From contig CAYUPO010000007.1 in NCBI GenBank assembly GCA_964446685.1, positions 233-64,232 of the forward strand: a DNA stretch of 64,000 nt, in the 5' to 3' direction. This document shows positions 57,645-64,000 of this stretch, one piece after another. This stretch comes from an uncultured Gammaproteobacteria bacterium. Its GTDB lineage: Bacteria > Patescibacteriota > Microgenomatia > Daviesbacterales > UBA10151. The stretch's first letter is position 1. Every line of letters begins with the position of its first letter. The translations under genes and the position numbers were made by a program. The notes under the pieces are model-generated. The model saw nothing but the letters and a program-made list of their open reading frames with translations. It had not been told where the DNA came from and searched no databases.

Positions 57645-58838
57645 ATGAATTTATTTGAAACTATAAACCTTGCCTTCAGTGCTATTTTACGTAATAGACT
57701 GAGGTCTTTTTTAACAATTTTGGGAATAGTTATCGGAGTGTTATCCGTTATAGTCCTGATTGCTCTGGTTAACGGTCTGCAAAGTTATATTACCGGACAA
57801 ATATCGGGTTTTGGATCAAATCTGGTTTTTGTAATTCCCGGATCATTAAATGGCGGCCGGGGACCTGGAGGGGCTGCTGTTAACAGGCTGCAATTTAGCG
57901 ATGTAAATACACTCAAACGTAGCCTGGATTCAAATGTAGAAGTCACATCAGTAATTACTAAAGCAGCCAGTGCTAAGTTTGGCAATAAACTCAGTAAAAA
58001 TATGACAGTAACCGGTGCCGAACAAAATTACCTCAAAATTGTCACCGGAACCAAAATTGATAAAGGTCGATTTATAAATGAAGCAGAAGCCACCAGTGGG
58101 AAAAGAGTGGCAGTAATCGGCAAAACAGTCATCAACAACCTCTTTCCGGATAGTAATCCTGTCGGCAAAAAAATCATGATTGGTGCCCTGACCTATGAAG
58201 TAGTCGGAACTTTTGAACCAAAAGGTTCTACCTTTGGACAAGATCAGGACAATGCAGCAATTATTCCAGCCATTGCTTTACGCAAACAATTTGGGATTGA
58301 TAAACCAAATGCTATTTATATCTCAGCCTCATCTGCTGATGATATTCCTAAAATAACTGCTGAAGTAAAAAGCATCTTACTAAAAAGGATTACTGAAGAT
58401 GATTTTACTGTCCAAACTCAGGAACAGGCACTGTCAACGATCTCGCAAATCACCGGTGTTTTAACACTTGCCTTAGGTGGAATAGCAGCAATTTCCCTTT
58501 TAGTGGGGGGTATTGGCGTCATGAATATCATGCTGGTTTCAGTTACAGAAAGAACCCGGGAAATTGGATTAAGAAAAGCTCTGGGAGCTAAAGCCAAAGA
58601 TATCCGTAATCAATTTTTGATTGAAGCACTGACATTATCTGGATTAGGCGGCGTGATCGGTATTATTTTAGGGATTGGTCTTTCACTGCTAATAAGCCTT
58701 TTTTTCACCACCTCCGTCACTCTCTGGTCAGTCGCTCTCTCATTTGGCTTCTCGATGTTAGTCGGAGTAGTCTTCGGAGTCACCCCAGCCATCAGAGCCT
58801 CCAAACTAGACCCAATCACTGCCTTAAGATACGAATAA
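57645..58838 (+). CDS. ABC transporter permease, MacB/FtsX-like, with periplasmic domain
   Basis: 397 aa. N-terminal TM segment, a large periplasmic domain, and a C-terminal 3-TM FtsX fold (RTREIGLRKALGA...). Confidence 0.8.
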   Translation: MNLFETINLAFSAILRNRLRSFLTILGIVIGVLSVIVLIALVNGLQSYITGQISGFGSNLVFVIPGSLNGGRGPGGAAVNRLQFSDVNTLKRSLDSNVEVTSVITKAASAKFGNKLSKNMTVTGAEQNYLKIVTGTKIDKGRFINEAEATSGKRVAVIGKTVINNLFPDSNPVGKKIMIGALTYEVVGTFEPKGSTFGQDQDNAAIIPAIALRKQFGIDKPNAIYISASSADDIPKITAEVKSILLKRITEDDFTVQTQEQALSTISQITGVLTLALGGIAAISLLVGGIGVMNIMLVSVTERTREIGLRKALGAKAKDIRNQFLIEALTLSGLGGVIGIILGIGLSLLISLFFTTSVTLWSVALSFGFSMLVGVVFGVTPAIRASKLDPITALRYE

Positions 58839-58885
58839 TCCTATAGTTGTAATAATACCTCTTTTTTGATAATATTTACGGCTGT

Positions 58886-59545
58886 ATGCCTCAAATTCCT
58901 GATATTATTCGAGAAAAATTAATCACCCTACCGGGTTTTAATTATATTGGTGAAGCACACAGTTATATTCAAGGAAGTGACCCTCGCCACCAAATAACTC
59001 ATTTTATTGCTCCAATTCCTGAAGTGGACCCTTCCAATACAGTGTTACTGGATATTAAAAATCTAGAAATTGCCCGCGCCTTAACAGGTGTTTTTAAATT
59101 TAGCACATTAACTCAAGCTACAAATAGAGAACCAATTTCAAAATCAGGTTTAAATTTGGGCCGGTTAGTATTTACAGAAACATTAACACATCCAGTTCCA
59201 GATTCAGATCCGGAAACAGATCCTAATACACCAAATACACCTCAATGGGAATTAGATTTACTAGAAATTCTTCAGCAAAAAGGAGCGATTGATGTCAGAG
59301 CCTCTACAACCTATCGAAAATTCCGGGATACTGATGTAGTAATTTATCCCAATAGTGAGTTAGCTGAATTAATTCATAAATATCATATTGCCTCAACTAA
59401 AGGCCTTATCTCCAAAAACAAAGGATGGTACCAGATGAGATATAAAATCCCTGCAGGTTTATTAACCGCACAGAAAAAAGGGCAATTATCTAAAAATCCG
59501 ATGGTACAGTGTTTAAGAATGATTCCTAATTCCGATCTGATTTGA
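58886..59545 (+). CDS. Hypothetical protein
   Basis: 219 aa and soluble. No motif recognised; has a Pro/Asp/Thr-rich linker (PDSDPETDPNTPNTP). Confidence 0.4.
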   Translation: MPQIPDIIREKLITLPGFNYIGEAHSYIQGSDPRHQITHFIAPIPEVDPSNTVLLDIKNLEIARALTGVFKFSTLTQATNREPISKSGLNLGRLVFTETLTHPVPDSDPETDPNTPNTPQWELDLLEILQQKGAIDVRASTTYRKFRDTDVVIYPNSELAELIHKYHIASTKGLISKNKGWYQMRYKIPAGLLTAQKKGQLSKNPMVQCLRMIPNSDLI

Positions 59546-59588
59546 TTTTCATTAAATCTTGTTAGTACTGTTGTTATATAATTCCCTC

Positions 59589-60662
59589 ATGGACGAAATT
59601 CAACAAAAATTAAAAGATCAAAAAGACCGGTTTGAAAAAATCAAATTACAGCTAAACCGTGACAAAATGCAGCAGGAGATACTGGAACTTGAGGCACAAA
59701 CAATGAAAGAGGGTTTTTGGAATGATCAAAAACAGGCTCAGTCTATTGGCAGACAGCTTTCAGAAAAACAAAAAACAGTTGCCACAATGGATGAACTTGA
59801 ACAAAGGATTGCTGACGGTCTGGAATTGTCAGGGGACGAAGTGATGCTGGAAGATCTGACCACTGAAACTAAACTAATTGAAAAAATTCTTTCTGAATTT
59901 GAATTAAAGTTATTTTTATCTCACCCGCATGATGACTCAGAAGCCATACTTGCCGTACACTCCGGAGCTGGCGGAACAGAAGCCATGGATTGGGCATTAA
60001 TGCTCTCACGGATGTATCAGCGCTATTTTGAGAAAAAAGGCTGGCAGTATGAGATATCGGATGAATCAGCTGGTGAAGAAGCGGGTATTAAAACAATGTC
60101 GATGATAGTCCACGCTCCTTTTGGTTTCGGTTTGTTAAAAGGCGAAGCAGGTACTCACCGTTTAGTCCGATTATCCCCTTTCAACGCTGATAGTTTGCGC
60201 CAAACTTCTTTTGCTTTAGTTGAAGTTTTACCAGTAATTGAAGACAACAACGAAGTCGAACTAAACGAAAACGATATTGAATTTGATTCTTTCCGCAGTG
60301 CCGGAGCCGGCGGACAAAATGTTAACAAAGTTTCAACAGCAGTCAGGCTAAAACATATTCCTACCGGAATCGTAGTCACCTGCCAGACTGAAAGATCTCA
60401 GCTTCAAAATCGGGAAAACGCTATGAAACTACTTTTAGGAAAACTCTGGCAAAAACAACAGGAAGAACAAAAAGCAGTCCAAAAAGAGCTCCGGGGAACT
60501 AACACTCAGGGCTCATGGGGGACCCAAATACGTTCTTATGTCTTACATCCATACAAAATGGTCAAAGATCTCCGGACCGAACAGGAAACATCCAATGCTG
60601 AAGGCGTATTAGATGGCAACCTAGATGAATTCATCGAAGCTGAAGTTCGTATATTAAGTTAA
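59589..60662 (+). CDS. prfB: Peptide chain release factor 2
   Basis: GGQ motif ([18 protein letters not shown]) and SPF tripeptide (RLSPFNADS), which is specific to RF2. Start set at the ATG (MDEIQQKL). The ORF is continuous, with no +1 frameshift site. Confidence 0.8.
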   Translation: MDEIQQKLKDQKDRFEKIKLQLNRDKMQQEILELEAQTMKEGFWNDQKQAQSIGRQLSEKQKTVATMDELEQRIADGLELSGDEVMLEDLTTETKLIEKILSEFELKLFLSHPHDDSEAILAVHSGAGGTEAMDWALMLSRMYQRYFEKKGWQYEISDESAGEEAGIKTMSMIVHAPFGFGLLKGEAGTHRLVRLSPFNADSLRQTSFALVEVLPVIEDNNEVELNENDIEFDSFRSAGAGGQNVNKVSTAVRLKHIPTGIVVTCQTERSQLQNRENAMKLLLGKLWQKQQEEQKAVQKELRGTNTQGSWGTQIRSYVLHPYKMVKDLRTEQETSNAEGVLDGNLDEFIEAEVRILS

Positions 60663-60787
60663 CCAGTAAATCAGAGAACTAGTTAATCAGATTGTTTGAT
60701 CCTACCCTAATTAACTAATCCACCAACTAACTAATTAACTTTTCCTCCTATCTCCCTCTTGAAAGTTACTAGCTAAAGTGTGCTAAA

Positions 60788-61237
60788 ATGAATTCTATGG
60801 ACGAAAGAAACAGCAGCCAATTTGTACATAAATTATCAGGCCCATCCCGTTACAAAGTATTAGGCTTAGTGCTTGTTTTAGCTCTGGTTGGCGGAGTAGG
60901 CACAGGCTTTGCTTTAGGATCAAGTCAGAATGGATCATCCCCAGTAGCAATTATTACCGGAACTGCTGACAAAGCTGAAACAGCTCATCAGGACACACAA
61001 ACATTTAAGGACTTCGCTGAAGGTAAAATCACCAAAAAACCAGAAGTCAAAGCAGGTACTTATGCCGAGGGAACCCATCTACTTGTACGAGATGGCGCTG
61101 TTCCTGTTGCCTTAACCTCATCGGTGGTTGATTTATCTTTATATGAAGATAAAAAAGTTAAAGTCTATGGTGAAACCCAAAAAGCCATCAAAGAAGGTTG
61201 GTTGATGGATGTCGGTAAAGTAGAAGAAACCAATTAG
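60788..61237 (+). CDS. Hypothetical membrane-anchored or secreted protein
   Basis: 149 aa. N-terminal TM/signal-anchor (VLGLVLVLALVGGVGTGFALG), then a soluble domain. Confidence 0.4.
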   Translation: MNSMDERNSSQFVHKLSGPSRYKVLGLVLVLALVGGVGTGFALGSSQNGSSPVAIITGTADKAETAHQDTQTFKDFAEGKITKKPEVKAGTYAEGTHLLVRDGAVPVALTSSVVDLSLYEDKKVKVYGETQKAIKEGWLMDVGKVEETN

Positions 61238-61323
61238 CGTATAGCGGCAAGTGTTTAGCGAAAAGAAAAAACATCATTAATATTTAATCTCCACGCTGTC
61301 CGCTGCCATCTATACCCCAAAAA

Positions 61324-62010
61324 ATGATTATTAAATTTGAAAATGTTACAAAAAGATTCTCTTCCTCCATCACCGCAGTTGATGACATCAATTTAGAAAT
61401 TCAGTCAGGCGAATTTGTTTTTTTAGTCGGCCCTTCCGGAGCTGGTAAATCAACCCTACTCCGCCTATTAACCAGAGAAAATAATGCCACCTCAGGAAAA
61501 ATTCAGGTGGGAGATACTGAAGTTACCAGACTGAAATCAAGCGACATACCACATTATCGCCGTAAAATTGGTTTCGTTTTTCAAGATTTTAAACTTTTAG
61601 AAGACCGGACCGTATTTGAAAATGTCGCTCTGACTCTGGAAGTCAGAAATTATTCTGAAGAAGAAATACATAAAGAGGTGGAAAGAATTTTAAAATTATT
61701 TGAAATCTGGGGAAGAAGAAATCTGTTTCCCAGCCAACTCTCAGGCGGTGAAGCTCAAAGGACAGCTATTGCCAGAGCAATCATTGGTAAACCGGAAATA
61801 TTACTGGCTGATGAACCTACCGGAGATCTCGATCCTCAAACTTCATGGGGAGTGATGCAACTTTTAAATGAAATTAACTCCTGGGGGACAACAGTAGTTA
61901 TGGCCACACACAACCATGAAATCGTCAACTCACTAAAACGCCGGGTTATTTTAGTCAAAGAAGGAAAAATAGTTAAAGATATTAAGGAAGGAAAGTACGA
62001 GTTACATTAA
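61324..62010 (+). CDS. ftsE: Cell-division ABC transporter ATP-binding protein
   Basis: 228 aa. Walker A GPSGAGKST, LSGGEAQRTAIARA, Walker B ILLADEPTGDLD. Lies immediately upstream of ftsX. Confidence 0.85.
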   Translation: MIIKFENVTKRFSSSITAVDDINLEIQSGEFVFLVGPSGAGKSTLLRLLTRENNATSGKIQVGDTEVTRLKSSDIPHYRRKIGFVFQDFKLLEDRTVFENVALTLEVRNYSEEEIHKEVERILKLFEIWGRRNLFPSQLSGGEAQRTAIARAIIGKPEILLADEPTGDLDPQTSWGVMQLLNEINSWGTTVVMATHNHEIVNSLKRRVILVKEGKIVKDIKEGKYELH

Positions 62011-62133
62011 AAATTTCTAATTACTAATAACTAAGTACTCTAAACAATGATCAAATTTTAAAGTCAAAGTTTAGAAATTTAATACATTTAGATTTATTTA
62101 GAAATTAGAAATTAGAAATTAAAAATTTTAATC
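62011..62133. repeat. AT-rich palindromic intergenic spacer (AATTTCTAATT ... (TTAGAAA)n) with TAAGTACTCTAA core, between ftsE and ftsX
   Basis: aaatttctaattactaataactaagtactctaaaca ... tttagaaattt ... tttagaaattagaaattagaaattaaaaatt, directly abutting the ftsX ATG. Confidence 0.55.
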
Positions 62134-63009
62134 ATGAGATTACTTAGCTTTGTCAGACGCAATATCAGAAGAACTCCATATCAGGCTTTGGCAGCAATTA
62201 TGGTGATGTTTTTAACCTTTTTAACAATGCAAATTTTCGCTTTGCTTGGACTGGGGTCTCATGTTTTGCTTAAAGAATTCGAATCAAAACCACAGGTAAT
62301 TGGTTTCTTTGAAGACAACACCACTGAGCAGGATATCGCGGCAATTAAACGTAATCTTGAACAAACCGGAAAAGTGACGTCCATTAAATATATTTCCAAA
62401 GAAGAAGCTTTTAAAAATTATAAAGAACTAAATAAAGATGATCCAAGATCTCTTGAGTTGGTCACAGCCAGCATGCTCCCACCGTCGCTTGAAGTCTCAA
62501 CCACTACACCTCAGGATTTGTCATTAGTGGCTGATATGCTGTCACAGGAACCAGTTATTGGCAAAGACAACGTTATTATTCCTCTGAATGTAATTGATAC
62601 TATCACCCGGGTTTCAAACAGTATCAGATACACCGGCAGTATCGTAATTTTGTTTCTCAGCTTCTTCTCCCTTCTTATCATATTAATGATTATCGGCTTT
62701 AAATTAAGACTTAAGCGAAAGGAAATCGAAATCATGAAATTACTGGGAGCTTCCACCTGGTTTATCAGAGCTCCATTTTTACTGGAGGGTATTTTTTACA
62801 GCTGTGTCGGAGCGTTCATCGCCTGGATATTCACCTACCTGATAGTCTGGTATGCAACTCCGTTTGTCCAAAGCAATATCTATGAAGTAAAACTGTTGCC
62901 TATTTCACCACTAGTTATGTTAGGTATTTTAGTTGCCTCTCAAGTTGTTGCTTTCTTCATCGGCCTCATTGGTTCTTTCGGCGCTATTAGACGCTACCTG
63001 CATCACTAA
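62134..63009 (+). CDS. ftsX: Cell-division permease
   Basis: 291 aa. N-terminal TM segment, periplasmic domain, C-terminal 3-TM FtsX fold. Confidence 0.8.
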   Translation: MRLLSFVRRNIRRTPYQALAAIMVMFLTFLTMQIFALLGLGSHVLLKEFESKPQVIGFFEDNTTEQDIAAIKRNLEQTGKVTSIKYISKEEAFKNYKELNKDDPRSLELVTASMLPPSLEVSTTTPQDLSLVADMLSQEPVIGKDNVIIPLNVIDTITRVSNSIRYTGSIVILFLSFFSLLIILMIIGFKLRLKRKEIEIMKLLGASTWFIRAPFLLEGIFYSCVGAFIAWIFTYLIVWYATPFVQSNIYEVKLLPISPLVMLGILVASQVVAFFIGLIGSFGAIRRYLHH

Positions 63010-63016
63010 ATTCTTT

Positions 63017-64000
63017 ATGGAAAGAAAACATTTCAAAAAGTTATTTCAAATTAAAGGACGTCTGATTGTTTATAGCTTACTCGCTTTTACCTTTGTCGCA
63101 TTTTTCTTACTACCAACTACTTCCTATGCCCAATCATCGGCTGATCTGGAAAAACAGTTAAAAGACAAACAGGAAGAGATTAAAAAAGTTCAGGCACAAT
63201 TGGAAGATTCCCAAAAACAGGAAAAAACCCTCAAAACCCAGCTTCAGGTGATAGATAGCCAGGTAAAAATAACCTTACTAAAAATTGATGAAACTGAGTT
63301 TCAGATTACAAAACTGGATAAAGAAATCGAAGATCTTGGCACTCGGATTGGTAGACTTTCCCAAAGTGTAGATACTCTTTCAGAAGTTCTGCTAAACCGG
63401 ATCGTTTTAACTTACAAGCATGGTAGTATCAGTCCAATCGAGTTGATCTTCTCCTCCACCAGTCTGGGTGATCTGATGGAGAGAGTCAAATATCTTCAGG
63501 TAATTCAGGCCAATGATAAAAAAGTTCTCTATGAACTTCAGGCCACCAAAACCAGTTACAACGATCAAAAAAATGATAAAGAGGTCAGACAAAAACAACA
63601 GGAAAAACTTAAAAATGATTTAGAAAATTATCAGACCCAGTTGGCTGATCAGAAAAAAGCCAAAGACGAACTTTTAAGAGCAACTCAAAATGATGAAGCA
63701 AAATTCCAGCAGCTGTTGGTCAAACTGCGGGCTGATACTGAATCTATCTCCCGTGCATTAGCTAGTGCCGGAACAAAACTGGGCCCTGTCAAAAGAGGTG
63801 AAAGAATTGCCTCAGTTGGAAACTCTGGCTGTTCCACCGGACCACATCTGCATTTAGAAGTTATGACACCAGCCAGAGTTGAAAACGGAGTTATTGTTGG
63901 CCGGGAAAACAAAGTTGATCCAAAACCTTATTTAGATTCAGGCAAGTTTAACAAACCTACTGCCAGCTACAACGGAGGGGACTGCACCGGTGCCGGACAA
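63017..64000 (+). CDS. EnvC-like murein hydrolase activator: coiled-coil plus M23 (LytM) peptidase domain; 3' end beyond the window
   Basis: Signal/TM segment, a long coiled-coil (EKQLKDKQEEIKKVQAQLEDSQKQ...), then M23 motifs GNSGCSTGPHLHLEV. Absent from the ORF track because it is truncated. ftsE-ftsX-envC synteny. Confidence 0.7.
   Translation, partial: MERKHFKKLFQIKGRLIVYSLLAFTFVAFFLLPTTSYAQSSADLEKQLKDKQEEIKKVQAQLEDSQKQEKTLKTQLQVIDSQVKITLLKIDETEFQITKLDKEIEDLGTRIGRLSQSVDTLSEVLLNRIVLTYKHGSISPIELIFSSTSLGDLMERVKYLQVIQANDKKVLYELQATKTSYNDQKNDKEVRQKQQEKLKNDLENYQTQLADQKKAKDELLRATQNDEAKFQQLLVKLRADTESISRALASAGTKLGPVKRGERIASVGNSGCSTGPHLHLEVMTPARVENGVIVGRENKVDPKPYLDSGKFNKPTASYNGGDCTGAGQ

Noticed and set aside
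59559-59600. Programmed +1 frameshift at the start of prfB
   Set aside because: The reading frame is continuous from the ATG at 59589. No CTT TGA C motif is present. The upstream TTG-initiated extension in the ORF track is probably not real.
1384-63912. Numerous 60-130-aa ORFs on the opposite strand or nested within long genes (e.g. 1384..1581, 6014..6211, 10889..11287, 26170..26415, 31798..32082, 41607..41825, 55495..55695, 57948..58241, 63407..63912)
   Set aside because: All lie antisense to or inside well-supported long CDSs. They have low-complexity or biased composition typical of shadow ORFs in AT-rich DNA.
1-64000. Alternative genetic code (UGA sense) as in some CPR
   Set aside because: RF2 is present. 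Many genes terminate at TGA with immediate downstream starts (ATGA overlaps). Long ORFs are not interrupted in a way that in-frame TGA read-through would repair.

Overview
The window is 64 kb of AT-rich, very gene-dense bacterial DNA. The first ~44.5 kb is transcribed almost entirely from the minus strand, and most ORFs have 4-bp ATGA overlaps or short gaps. Gene content and style point to a Candidate Phyla Radiation (Patescibacteria, Microgenomates-like) genome; this is an inference from the many small GT-C paralogs and weak Shine-Dalgarno sites. The standard genetic code is supported by a full-length RF2 gene and long uninterrupted ORFs. No rRNA, tRNA or CRISPR was found.

Positions 1-54,000 form one large glycosylation island:
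- About 19 polytopic GT-C-type membrane glycosyltransferases. Six are tandem PMT_2/GT39-like paralogs; three are DUF2029/GT87-like paralogs (WGQxD motif); two are paralogs with an IPCRW(V/I)PDMGY motif; several are ArnT-like; one is YfhO-like; and one is a 1121-aa fusion with N- and C-terminal extracytoplasmic domains.
- Five DPM1/ArnC-like polyprenyl-phosphate-sugar synthase GT2s (one fused to a GtrA domain), four other GT2s (one fused to a SAM-methyltransferase), three GT4s and two Wzx-like flippases.
- Three deoxyhexose nucleotide-sugar routes: gmd + fcl (GDP-L-fucose), gmd + an Rmd-like reductase (GDP-D-rhamnose), and rmlABCD (dTDP-L-rhamnose).

The last ~10 kb carries housekeeping genes: a CAP-domain protein, a short TsaB, a MacA/MacB-like ABC efflux system, prfB, and ftsE-ftsX-envC.

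Non-coding structure worth noting:
- A family of three ~125-250 bp palindromic intra-operonic elements with GTCATTGCGAG/CTCGCAATGAC termini; one copy holds a 3x33-bp tandem repeat.
- A second family of AT-rich TTTCTAA/TTAGAAA palindromic spacers.
- A 24-codon upstream mini-ORF that duplicates the RmlB N-terminus and stop-start overlaps rmlB.
- A (TGATAAG)4 repeat straddling a stop codon.
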